From: an uncultured archaeon
GTDB taxonomy: Archaea > Altiarchaeota > Altiarchaeia > IMC4 > QMZM01
Reading direction: 5' to 3'
Length of the DNA: 15,702 nucleotides
Assembly (NCBI GenBank): GCA_964549685.1
Contig: CAZJVE010000018.1
Coordinates: forward strand, 1-15,702
The position numbers and the translations under genes were made by a program. This document shows positions 7,239 to 15,700 of the stretch, one piece after another (within the stretch, counting starts at the first letter, position 1; every line of letters begins with the position of its first letter). Below the pieces are notes generated by a model, which saw only the letters and a program-made list of their open reading frames with translations, was not told the origin of the DNA and searched no databases.

Positions 7239-7976
7239 TTATTTGATGTTTTTTAGCAGTTTATCTGCTAATTCGTCTACGGATTTTTGAAATTCATCGG
7301 ATTCCAATTCGCTTTCCCGGTCCATGGAGGATTTCATCACGGCAGATGAGAAGGGGAGTGCATGGAAAATATCGAATTTCCCGGCTAGATGTTCCAGCTG
7401 CTCTTCATCGACCTTGTTTGCTATGACGTAGGACTTTTCTATCTCTAAATCCCTGGAGAATTCCAGCAGCTTCTTTGTTACGGAGATAGAGCCGAGATTG
7501 GGCTCAGTGACAGCTATAATTGCATCGATGCCGCGAAGAGTGCCCCTGCTCATTATCTCGAGTCCGGCTTCCATGTCCAAGATTACGATTTCGTTTCTCT
7601 GAAGGACCAGCTCCTGCATCAGTGCCTTGAGGAGGGAATTTTCGGGGCAGAGGCAACCGGAGCCAGCCCTGCTCACTCCCCCCAGCAGAAGCAGCTTCAG
7701 GTTCTCTGCTATTGACGCAGAGTATTCGTCAATGAGGTCATGCACATCTGGGTTCAGATTGACAAGAACATCAGATATTCTTGCCCTCTTGTCAACAAGC
7801 TCCTTGATGGAGCCTATGGGCTTCTGGTCTTCATGCCCAAAGTAGGAGGCGAGGTTGAGACTGGAGTCTGCATCAACCGCAATAACATTTAGATTCTTCC
7901 TGGCGTAGATTCTGGAGAGATGGAATGCAAGGGTTGTCTTCCCGGTGCCGCCTTTGCCGGTTACTGCTATTTTCAT
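7239..7976 (-). CDS. cooC: Second CooC-family nickel-insertion ATPase (CODH-associated type)
   Basis: MKIAVTGKGGTGKTT, VDADSSLNL, GSGCLCPE, DMEAGLE. Start moved to ATG 7976, which gives an ATGA overlap with the mch stop. Confidence 0.9.
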   Translation of the reverse strand: MKIAVTGKGGTGKTTLAFHLSRIYARKNLNVIAVDADSSLNLASYFGHEDQKPIGSIKELVDKRARISDVLVNLNPDVHDLIDEYSASIAENLKLLLLGGVSRAGSGCLCPENSLLKALMQELVLQRNEIVILDMEAGLEIMSRGTLRGIDAIIAVTEPNLGSISVTKKLLEFSRDLEIEKSYVIANKVDEEQLEHLAGKFDIFHALPFSSAVMKSSMDRESELESDEFQKSVDELADKLLKNIK

Positions 7977-8845
7977 ATTAGCCTGTTCAGGAGTTCGTTG
8001 TTTACGCATCCAACACGGTAGTCGTTCCCCTCAAAGGATATGTGAAGCTTGGCCGGGGCAAATATTTCCGGGTCTATCTTGAAGAAGTCCCCTCCCGCTT
8101 CATTGAATATCTCTTCAAAACTCCTGCCATAGAATTTCGATGCCTGGGATACTGAAACCTCTGTGAGCTCCGGGTCCCAGTCATTGACTTCAATCCTCAC
8201 CGAGCTGCCGTAGATTATTGCATCGTTTGAGGTAAACATAATCCTGTCGTCGAGCTTTGGTATCGGAGCAGTCCCCTCGGCGGAGATTATCTGGTTCGTG
8301 TCATAGCCCAGATTGTCAAGCCTGAACAAGGCCATCTCAACGACCCTTGCCATTATGTTGACGAGGCCCACCTCGGAATTGCCCCTGAAGGCGGCAATTA
8401 TCAGTTCCTTTGCCCCCGTCTCTTCCAGGATGTAGTTACAGGTTTTTTCATCGGGGAGAACGGATGTCTCGATTGCGATTGCGGCCTTGTCGGATTTTTC
8501 ATGGTAAGCAATCCTGTCAATGATGTCCGAGGGCTTTTTTGCCAGAATTCTTGCAGGACCGGAGCCCAGCTTGTTCTTGCCCCCAATAGGAATCGCCCAA
8601 CCAGCGAGCTGGCAGCTCAGGCATGCAACGGATGGTTTCTCAGGGATAGTGACATGGATTTTGGTATCCTCAAGCCGGGCCTCCCCGAGAGAGCCCATGG
8701 TGACCTGCGCAACCTTGATTGCGGCCTCTTTGCCAGCGTCTTTATTAATTCCAAGGTCAAGGACTCTGGCGTTGCCGTATTCCGTTACTTCTGCAACACC
8801 CTCAAGCTCCTTGAGAATCCCGTAGCATTTTTTGTTAAGGTTCAT
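7973..8845 (-). CDS. mch: Methenyltetrahydromethanopterin cyclohydrolase (compact, divergent)
   Basis: CQLAGW, GSGPARILA, ARVVE, NDAIIYG and FNEAGGDFFKIDPEIFAPA motifs. Confidence 0.92.
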   Translation of the reverse strand: MNLNKKCYGILKELEGVAEVTEYGNARVLDLGINKDAGKEAAIKVAQVTMGSLGEARLEDTKIHVTIPEKPSVACLSCQLAGWAIPIGGKNKLGSGPARILAKKPSDIIDRIAYHEKSDKAAIAIETSVLPDEKTCNYILEETGAKELIIAAFRGNSEVGLVNIMARVVEMALFRLDNLGYDTNQIISAEGTAPIPKLDDRIMFTSNDAIIYGSSVRIEVNDWDPELTEVSVSQASKFYGRSFEEIFNEAGGDFFKIDPEIFAPAKLHISFEGNDYRVGCVNNELLNRLI

Positions 8846-9413
8846 CTTCTAAATCCTCTGGGTTATTGATGTTTTTGAATGTCATTAAATTGGGATCGTA
8901 TTCTTTTATCTTGGCTGCGGGGATTAATTTTACGTCCATGCCGTCAATCAGGTTCGTTACCTTTCCGCCACTGAGGCAGAGGTCCTCCAGCTCCAGGACC
9001 TTCTCCCGCCTGTAGACTGCGTGCAGCGGCTCCGGGAGGTTTTCGCTGTTTAGCGGCACTACTCCGTCCTTTTCTGCCTCGCTGCAGAGGAATTCTATAA
9101 CAGCCTGGTTAAGGAAGGGCATGTCGCAGCCAGTCACGAAGACGTATTTGCTACTTAGATTCTTCATGCCCTCGAGGATTCCACCCAGGGGCCCTATGTT
9201 GAGGTCCTCGAAGATTATTGGTGATTCGGGGATTAATTCCTTCATCCTTGGTTCAATTCTTTTATTGCATACAACTAAAACATCTGGAAAGATTTTCTTC
9301 AAAATTCCATAGCCGTGCAACAACAGTTCCTTGCCCCTGAATCCTGCGAACGGCTTGTCCGGGATTCTCCTGCTCTCTCCCGCGAGCATGATTACCTGGG
9401 TCTCAGTCGCCAT
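8835..9413 (-). CDS. mobA: Molybdenum/tungsten cofactor guanylyltransferase
   Basis: LAGESRR..DK, GPLGGI, CDMPF, EPLHAVY and NINNPEDL motifs. Confidence 0.88.
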   Translation of the reverse strand: MATETQVIMLAGESRRIPDKPFAGFRGKELLLHGYGILKKIFPDVLVVCNKRIEPRMKELIPESPIIFEDLNIGPLGGILEGMKNLSSKYVFVTGCDMPFLNQAVIEFLCSEAEKDGVVPLNSENLPEPLHAVYRREKVLELEDLCLSGGKVTNLIDGMDVKLIPAAKIKEYDPNLMTFKNINNPEDLEDEP

Positions 9414-9903
9414 GTAGCAGCTCCTCCATGGGCTTTCTTTCCGATGTCCTTTGCTTCTCCGCGGGATGGCCGACTGCGATGACTGCCATCAGCTCGAATT
9501 CCCCCGGCACATTGAGAATCTCCCTGACCGCCTCCTTCTTGTTCAGAATCTCTCCAAGCCAGCAGGTTCCGAGGCCGAGGGAATGTGCTGCAAGGAGCAT
9601 GTTCTGGATGCACGCACCCATGGCCTGCACATCCTTTGTGCGGTCGTAGCCGGCTGAGTTGTCAAGGAAGACAGCAATGCTTATTGGCGCTCCTTGGATT
9701 ATGTGGCCGTACTTGGTCTGCTTCGCAAGGCCGTCCTTCAGCTCACTATCCCTGACGACGGCAAAACGCCAGGGCTGGTTGTTCAGGCCGGAGGGTGCCC
9801 ACCTGCCGGCATCGAGAATCTTTTCTATGAGGAAGTCATCGACCTCCTTGTCAAGGAATTCTCTCACACTTCTTCTATTTTTTATAATATCAAGAATTTC
9901 CAT
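9403..9903 (-). CDS. Nitroreductase-family FMN-dependent oxidoreductase
   Basis: NRRSVREF, APSGLNNQPWRF, QNMLLAAHSLGLGTCW and AVGHP motifs. Confidence 0.93.
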   Translation of the reverse strand: MEILDIIKNRRSVREFLDKEVDDFLIEKILDAGRWAPSGLNNQPWRFAVVRDSELKDGLAKQTKYGHIIQGAPISIAVFLDNSAGYDRTKDVQAMGACIQNMLLAAHSLGLGTCWLGEILNKKEAVREILNVPGEFELMAVIAVGHPAEKQRTSERKPMEELLHGD

Positions 9904-9904
9904 C

Positions 9905-10903
9905 TTAGCATACTCTCGGAACCGGGTCGCCGGACGGCTTTTCGAGGTGCCTTTTTCCGCCTATGACGGTCTCCATGATTACTCCCTTGCCCTTCTCGAC
10001 CTCCCCGATAATCTCCGCCTCCTTTCCAAGGGGGTTCTTTCTCAGTCTCTGGAGAGCCTTTTCTGCGTCCTCTTTTGCAACGCCTATCAAGACCTTGCCC
10101 TCGTTTGCTACTGTGAGGGGGTCGATGCCCAGCATTTCCGACGCTGATTTTACCTCCTCCCTGACAGGGATTCTGTCCTCGTGAACGAGAATTCTATTAC
10201 CTGACTTATCGGCCATCTCGTTGAGGGCGTTGGCAATTCCTCCCCTGGTTGGGTCCTTCATGGCATGGATGTTGAGGCCCAGTATTTCATTAACCAGTTT
10301 CCAGAGCGCTGCGCAGTCCGACTCCAGGGGTGTGTCGAACTCGATGCCCTTTCTCTTTGACATGATTGCCATGCCGTGGTCTCCCACGGTGCCTGAGACT
10401 ATGATTCTGTCACCTTCCTGAAGTCCGGAGTTCCTTATGACTCTCTCAGCGATTCCAATGCCAGTAGTGTTTATCAGCATGTCAATGTCGGAGTCTATTA
10501 CTTTCGTGTCTCCTGTCACGACGGGCAGGGAATTCTCTTTTGAGATTCTATTTATTGATTTAACAATTTTTTCAATCTTCTCTATCTCGAATCCTTCCCC
10601 CATGATAAATGCAGTTGAGATTGCAACGGGCTTTGCTCCCATAACAGCCAGGTCGTTTATAGTGCCCGCTATGGACAGCTTGCCTATATCTCCTCCAGGA
10701 AAAAAGAGCGGCTTCACTGTGTAGGAGTCTGTTGTGAAAACAAGATTCTTTCCTTCCAGCGGAATGACTGCGGAGTCCTCGAATTCGTCCAGGCCGACTC
10801 CGTCTTTGACCTTCCTCAGCTCTACCGCTGATAAAACCCGGGAGAGGAGCTTCTCCATCGCCTCTCCGCCGCCGCCGTGAACCGACTTTATGTAGTCCTC
10901 CAT
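9905..10903 (-). CDS. hypE: Hydrogenase maturation carbamoyl dehydratase
   Basis: HGGGG, TTDSYTV.PLFFPGGDIG, GDTKV, KDPTRGG, ANEGK and C-terminal PRVC. Confidence 0.97.
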   Translation of the reverse strand: MEDYIKSVHGGGGEAMEKLLSRVLSAVELRKVKDGVGLDEFEDSAVIPLEGKNLVFTTDSYTVKPLFFPGGDIGKLSIAGTINDLAVMGAKPVAISTAFIMGEGFEIEKIEKIVKSINRISKENSLPVVTGDTKVIDSDIDMLINTTGIGIAERVIRNSGLQEGDRIIVSGTVGDHGMAIMSKRKGIEFDTPLESDCAALWKLVNEILGLNIHAMKDPTRGGIANALNEMADKSGNRILVHEDRIPVREEVKSASEMLGIDPLTVANEGKVLIGVAKEDAEKALQRLRKNPLGKEAEIIGEVEKGKGVIMETVIGGKRHLEKPSGDPVPRVC

Positions 10904-10920
10904 TTTGATAAGATAGGTAA

Positions 10921-13185
10921 TCAGCCATAAAATGCCGAGAAATAGGCCTGCCCCAGGGAAATCCCTCCGTCCCCGGGGGGAATTTGATTATGCTGTATGA
11001 ATTTTAAATCGGAATCATTTACGACGTCTGATGCCTTTTTGACAATAACGTTATTGTAAGCAACTCCACCGGAAATTCCAATGAATTCTACCCCCCTCCT
11101 TTTTGCTTCCTTCACAGCGATATTTGTCAGGCCCTCTGCGATTGCGGCCTCAGCTGAAAATGCTATGTCAGCAGTCATTTTGCCTTCCTCCTTCAGGGAG
11201 AGGACATGAACAAGGATTCCGGTCGTGTCCAGGACGCCGTCCTTTATGGATATTGGGAAGTCGAGCTGCTTTCCCTTATTTCCTGCCGAGTCGAGCTTCA
11301 TAGCCGGCTCCCCGTCGTAGCTCCTGTAGTTGCAGAGACCGAGGACTGCGGAGACGGAGTCCAGAACCCTGCCCGTCGATGTCGTAAGGGGAACATTGAC
11401 GTCCTTCTCCAGCTGCTGGAGGACGACGTCGATTTCCTTCTCACCGTGCTTGAAATTCAGATTGTTTTTAATTGCAATTTTTTTCAACTCATCATTAGAA
11501 TAGGTTTCAGAAAGAATTCCCAAAACCATTCTTCCGGGATAGTAGGCAGCGAGGTCGCCGCCTGGCATCCTCTGCTCCTTCAGATGTCCGGTTCTGGTGA
11601 ATTCCCCGTCTTTGCAGGAGATGATTTCGCCGCCCCATGTGTTGCCGTCCTCTCCATAACCGGCGCCATCGCAGCAGATTCCAACCATGCTGTCGGCTCC
11701 GGACTCGGCCATCAGCGATGCCAGATGGGAGTAATGGTGCTGCACCCTCACGAGGGGGACGTTGAATTCCTTGGCGAGAGTTTCTGCGAGCTTCGTTGTA
11801 TGGAATTTTGGATGTAAATCACAGGCTATCCTGTCCGGCTTTGAGGTCGTGATTTCCAGGAGGTGCCTTGCTGAGTTCTCCAGGAACTCCACGGTGTCGG
11901 GGCTGTCCGTGTCTCCGATGAACTGGGTGAGGAATGCTCTGTTCCCCTTGAGGAGGCACACCGTAACATTCTCCTCCGCTCCCAGGGAGAGGATTTTCTC
12001 CTTTGATTCTTTTTTGATAGAGATGGGCAGTGGCACAAATCCTCTGCTTCGCCTTATGAACGTCCCAATATTGTTTACACTTTTGATAACAGAATCATCA
12101 CAGCGGTTCTCTATCCGGAGGTTGTGGAGGAGGCAGTAGTCTGCGATTTTTGATTCCGCAGCCTCTTCGTTGTCGATGAACATCGGCTCCCCGGGCAGGT
12201 TTGCCGAGGTCATGACGAGGGGCTCTTTGAGGCCCTGAAAGAGGATTTCATGCAGCCCTGTGTATGGCAGCATGACTCCGATGGTGTCAAGGCCGGGAGC
12301 CAGGTTTTGAGATAGGGAGAATTCCTTTTTCTTCTTTAGAACAATGATGGGTCTCTCTTTGGAGAGGAGTAATTTTTTCTCCTTTTCAGATATTTCTGCG
12401 AATTCTTCCACCATGGCGAGCGTGGCCATTATCGCGAATGGCCGCTGCGGCCGGTTGAGCCTGCGCCGGAGCTCTTCGATGGCTGCATCGTCGGTGGTGC
12501 TGCATGCAAGGTGCATGCCGCCGATGCCTTTTATGATTAGGATTCTTCCATTTTTCAGGAAGTTTATGGAAGTCTCAATGGGGTCCGGAATTCTTTTTCC
12601 TTCATCATCAATCAAAAAATAATCCGGGCCGCATTTCTCGCAGGCTATTGTCTGGGCGTGGAACCTCCTGTCCTCCGGGCTGGAGTATTCTCCCTCGCAT
12701 TCCCTACATGGCGGGAACTCAGCAAAGGCCGTATTCTGCCGGTCGTATGGAATCCCCCGGATTGTCGTGAATCTGGGGCCGCAGTCAGTGCAGGTCGTGA
12801 AGGGATAGTTGTGTCTCCTGTTTTTGCTGTCGAGAATGTCATCGATGCAGCGGGGGCATACTGAGATGTCGGCGGGCGTTATGCCCTCGATGCCCTTGCC
12901 ACCGGACTTTATTATTTTGAAATCATCAAAATTCCCCGGCGAATTCTTCCACTCTATTTTGATATCGTCTATCCTGGAATTCGCTGGCTTTTCCTTTTTT
13001 AGAATATCTATGAATCTCAGTATGTCCTTTTTGCTGCCCTCCAGCTGCACCTCGACCCCGGCGTCGCCGAGGTTCCTGACCCAGCCGGGCAGTCCGATTT
13101 TCTTTGCAGTCCTGTAGACGAAGGGTCGGAAGCCGACTCCCTGGACAACGCCCGAAATCCTGATTATTGATAAGTGCTGCCGCAT
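10921..13185 (-). CDS. hypF: Hydrogenase maturation carbamoyltransferase
   Basis: Acylphosphatase-like GVVQGVGFRPF, two zinc fingers (CPRC..CTDC, CREC..CEKC), KGIGG, TSAN, QHHYSH and GDGGISLGQ. Confidence 0.97.
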   Translation of the reverse strand: MRQHLSIIRISGVVQGVGFRPFVYRTAKKIGLPGWVRNLGDAGVEVQLEGSKKDILRFIDILKKEKPANSRIDDIKIEWKNSPGNFDDFKIIKSGGKGIEGITPADISVCPRCIDDILDSKNRRHNYPFTTCTDCGPRFTTIRGIPYDRQNTAFAEFPPCRECEGEYSSPEDRRFHAQTIACEKCGPDYFLIDDEGKRIPDPIETSINFLKNGRILIIKGIGGMHLACSTTDDAAIEELRRRLNRPQRPFAIMATLAMVEEFAEISEKEKKLLLSKERPIIVLKKKKEFSLSQNLAPGLDTIGVMLPYTGLHEILFQGLKEPLVMTSANLPGEPMFIDNEEAAESKIADYCLLHNLRIENRCDDSVIKSVNNIGTFIRRSRGFVPLPISIKKESKEKILSLGAEENVTVCLLKGNRAFLTQFIGDTDSPDTVEFLENSARHLLEITTSKPDRIACDLHPKFHTTKLAETLAKEFNVPLVRVQHHYSHLASLMAESGADSMVGICCDGAGYGEDGNTWGGEIISCKDGEFTRTGHLKEQRMPGGDLAAYYPGRMVLGILSETYSNDELKKIAIKNNLNFKHGEKEIDVVLQQLEKDVNVPLTTSTGRVLDSVSAVLGLCNYRSYDGEPAMKLDSAGNKGKQLDFPISIKDGVLDTTGILVHVLSLKEEGKMTADIAFSAEAAIAEGLTNIAVKEAKRRGVEFIGISGGVAYNNVIVKKASDVVNDSDLKFIQHNQIPPGDGGISLGQAYFSAFYG

Positions 13186-13195
13186 TTTTCTGCAT

Positions 13196-13222
13196 TGATT
13201 ACTCTATATTATAGAGTATTCA
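13196..13222. promoter_or_regulatory. Palindromic operator and/or shared promoter between divergent hypF and hypC
   Basis: TGAtTACTCTATA-T-TATAGAGTAtTCA: perfect 9-1-9 core at 13200-13218, 12 of 13 pairs overall, with TATATTATA at its centre. Confidence 0.7.
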
Positions 13223-13236
13223 GGGGTAAAATCAGG

Positions 13237-13461
13237 ATGTGTCTAGCAATTCCGGCAAAGATTCTGAAGATAAACGGGAATTCAGCAGAGGTGGACTTCG
13301 GAGGGGTTAAAAGAGAGGTGAAGCTTGACCTCGTCGATGCGGAAGAGGGGGACTGGGTCATTGTGCATACCGGTTATGCCATACAGATTATGAGCGAGGA
13401 AGATGCCAAAGAGACGCTCAAATACTTTGAGGATATTCTAAAACTGCAGGATGATAACTGA
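13237..13461 (+). CDS. hypC: Hydrogenase maturation chaperone
   Basis: MCLAIPAK N-terminus (Cys2) fixes the start at 13237; GDWVIVHTGYA motif; 74 aa. Confidence 0.95.
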   Translation: MCLAIPAKILKINGNSAEVDFGGVKREVKLDLVDAEEGDWVIVHTGYAIQIMSEEDAKETLKYFEDILKLQDDN

Positions 13462-14524
13462 GTTCAGGGACAGGGAAACGGCAAAGAAGGCGTGCGACAG
13501 GATTAAGGAGATTGCCAAGAACCTCGACCATGCCAAGATTATGCACGTCTGCGGCACCCACGAAGATACGATAACCAGATATGGGATTCGTTCCCTGCTG
13601 CCTGAGAACGTTGAGGTTATATCAGGGCCGGGGTGCCCTGTTTGTGTGACAACTGGAAGGGAGATAGACGAGGCCATTGCTCTGGCTGATAAGGGGCTTA
13701 CTGTTACAACCTTTGGAGACATGCTCAAGGTCCCAGGGAGCGAGGATTCGTTGGAGGGCGTGAAGGCGAAGGGCGGCGATGTAAGAGTAGTATATTCGAT
13801 TACCGACGCAGCGAGGATTGCTGCGGAGAACCCTGAGAAGGAGGTCGTGCATATCGCAATCGGGTTTGAGACGACTGCCCCCTCGACGGCTGCCGAGCTG
13901 AAGACGGCACCAGGGAATTTCTCCGTGCTTTGCTGCCACAGGACAATCCCGAATGCCATGGACCTGCTCCTCAGTTCTGGAGATGTAAAGGTAAACGGCT
14001 TCATAGACCCGGGCCATGTTTCAGCGATAATAGGTTTAGGGCCCTACAGGCCCCTGACTGAGAAATTCAACGTGCCCCAGGTTATAGCGGGCTTCGAGCC
14101 GCTGGATGTGCTCTTGGGGATTCTTCTCATACTTGAGATGTTGAGGGAAGGTAAAGCAGAGGTGAAAAACGAATATTCAAGGGTTGTCAGGGATGAAGGA
14201 AATCCGAAGGCCCTGAGGATTATGGGTGAAGTGTTTGAACCGTGTGATGTCAGGTGGAGAGGATTCCCCATAATTCCTGGTTCTGGTCTTGAATTGAAAG
14301 AAGAATTCTCACAATATGACGCAAGAAAGAAATTCAATATCAAGGTAGAGGATAAGGGAGAGCCCGCAGGCTGCAGATGCGGAGACATCCTGAAGGGGCT
14401 GATACGGCCTGATGAGTGCCCTATCTTTGGAAAGGGGTGCGCCCCCGATAAACCGGTTGGGCCCTGCATGGTCTCAAGCGAGGGGGCCTGCGCCATAGCG
14501 TATAAATTCAATAAAAATGCATGA
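13451..14524 (+). CDS. hypD: Hydrogenase maturation Fe-S scaffold
   Basis: HVCGTHE, GPGCPVC, GFETT, PGHVS and GPCMVSSEGAC motifs. Confidence 0.97.
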   Translation: MITEFRDRETAKKACDRIKEIAKNLDHAKIMHVCGTHEDTITRYGIRSLLPENVEVISGPGCPVCVTTGREIDEAIALADKGLTVTTFGDMLKVPGSEDSLEGVKAKGGDVRVVYSITDAARIAAENPEKEVVHIAIGFETTAPSTAAELKTAPGNFSVLCCHRTIPNAMDLLLSSGDVKVNGFIDPGHVSAIIGLGPYRPLTEKFNVPQVIAGFEPLDVLLGILLILEMLREGKAEVKNEYSRVVRDEGNPKALRIMGEVFEPCDVRWRGFPIIPGSGLELKEEFSQYDARKKFNIKVEDKGEPAGCRCGDILKGLIRPDECPIFGKGCAPDKPVGPCMVSSEGACAIAYKFNKNA

Positions 14525-14876
14525 ACTATCTTTTGCCCAGGGCGTTCTGGACAGCATCCTAGAGGAGGCGGAGAAGAACAGCGCGAAGAGGGTGAAAAGC
14601 ATTGAGATTGAGATGGGCGACCTTGCCCTGGTAACGGCGAAGGAGCTGGAGTCCGCCCTGAAGATGATTATTAACGGAACGATTGCCGAGGGAATGGAGA
14701 TAAGCATAGAAAGAATTCCCACCAGGGTCAGGTGCGAAAAGGGGCACGAGAATGAAATCAAAGTCGAGAGGGACCACCATCACATGATGCCCGAGCTGAA
14801 GTGCCCTGAGTGCGGGGGCTCTGTGAAGGTCCTGCAGGGCAACGAATGCATTCTAAAGAAAATAATTGCAGAGTAG
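14517..14876 (+). CDS. hypA: Hydrogenase nickel metallochaperone
   Basis: MHELS Ni motif; Zn site CEKGH...CPEC; His-rich loop; GNE near the C-terminus. Confidence 0.92.
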   Translation: MHELSFAQGVLDSILEEAEKNSAKRVKSIEIEMGDLALVTAKELESALKMIINGTIAEGMEISIERIPTRVRCEKGHENEIKVERDHHHMMPELKCPECGGSVKVLQGNECILKKIIAE

Positions 14877-14896
14877 ATTAGAATAACTGCGGTAGA

Positions 14897-15700
14897 CTAC
14901 TCAAACATCTTGGGGTCTACCCTGGCTCTGTTCTGCTCAAGGCCAAGGTCCTTTGGTTCGTAGCCCATTGCCAGGCCAAGGAGCTGCGGATAATGCAGGA
15001 CAGGAATCTTGAACTCCTCTCCAAGGGCTGTTTCGACTGCTTTCTGGTTTGCGTCGTACATTACGTTGCAGAAGGGGCATACCGTAACCATTGCATCGGC
15101 CCCGGCCTTCTTTACGTTCTGGAGTTTCTGGCCGGTCATGGTGTAGGCAATGTCCTTGTCCGCTGCAAGGACGTAACCGCCGCAGCACTGTGCCTTGTCG
15201 TAGTAGTCTATCGATTTGGCTCCGGTCGCCTCTATCAGTTCGTCAAGGCTTGCCGGGTTCTTTGGATTGTCGAACACAATCTCTTCCGAGGGTTTCAGGA
15301 TGTGGCAGCCGTAGTGGGCCGCGACCTTCAGGTTCAGGGGCTTGGTTACCTTCTCCTTTATCTTGTCAACTCCTAAATCCTCCCAGAGGACCTTTACGTA
15401 GTGCTTGACGTCTATAGTACCCTTGAACTGCCGGTCTATGTCAGCAAGAATCTCATTGACCTCGTTCTTGAGCTCGGGGTTCTCCTTCAGCTTTTTGTTT
15501 GCCCTGAAGAGCGAGCCGTTGCAGCCATTGCATAGGACCATCAGGTCGAGCTTCAGGTCCTCAGCCATCGAGAGAACTCTTGCGGCCATCGCAAGGTATG
15601 TCTTCTCATTGATAAGTTCATAGTAGAGACCGCAGCAGCCTGCGTCGGGCATGTCGACCAGCTCTATGCCCAGCTTGTCCATGACCTTCCTTGTGGAAAG
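14897..15700 (-). CDS. hdrB: Heterodisulfide reductase subunit B-like protein (5' end outside the window)
   Basis: Two CCG domains: GCCG...CNGC and HYGCH...CCGG...CPFC; YPQLLGLAMG. The frame stays open to the window edge (LSTRKV before the track's Met). Confidence 0.88.
   Translation of the reverse strand, partial: LSTRKVMDKLGIELVDMPDAGCCGLYYELINEKTYLAMAARVLSMAEDLKLDLMVLCNGCNGSLFRANKKLKENPELKNEVNEILADIDRQFKGTIDVKHYVKVLWEDLGVDKIKEKVTKPLNLKVAAHYGCHILKPSEEIVFDNPKNPASLDELIEATGAKSIDYYDKAQCCGGYVLAADKDIAYTMTGQKLQNVKKAGADAMVTVCPFCNVMYDANQKAVETALGEEFKIPVLHYPQLLGLAMGYEPKDLGLEQNRARVDPKMFE

Noticed and set aside
7977-8009. 11-aa N-terminal extension of the second cooC
   Set aside because: MKIAVTGKGG is the family-typical start and gives an ATGA overlap with mch.
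10969-10981. CCCCGGGGGG palindrome and G run
   Set aside because: Encodes the conserved PPGDGG motif of HypF.
11206-11817. 203-aa plus-strand ORF
   Set aside because: Antisense shadow of hypF.
13174-13236. N-terminal extension of hypC in the ORF track
   Set aside because: HypC needs Cys at position 2 (MCLA), and the extension would overlap hypF and the promoter.
13438-14511. 188-, 131- and 155-aa minus-strand ORFs
   Set aside because: Antisense shadows of hypD.
9905-14524. CODH supplying the CO ligand for hydrogenase maturation
   Set aside because: Only proximity supports it; shared nickel dependence and pathway explain the clustering.
21-14899. Selenocysteine or pyrrolysine read-through at TGA/TAG stops
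   Set aside because: Stops fall at the expected family C-termini, often overlapping the next start, and no in-frame stop interrupts a motif.
15680-15682. ORF-track start of hdrB
   Set aside because: The frame is open to the window edge and the first Cys of the N-terminal CCG domain is missing, so the true start lies outside the window.
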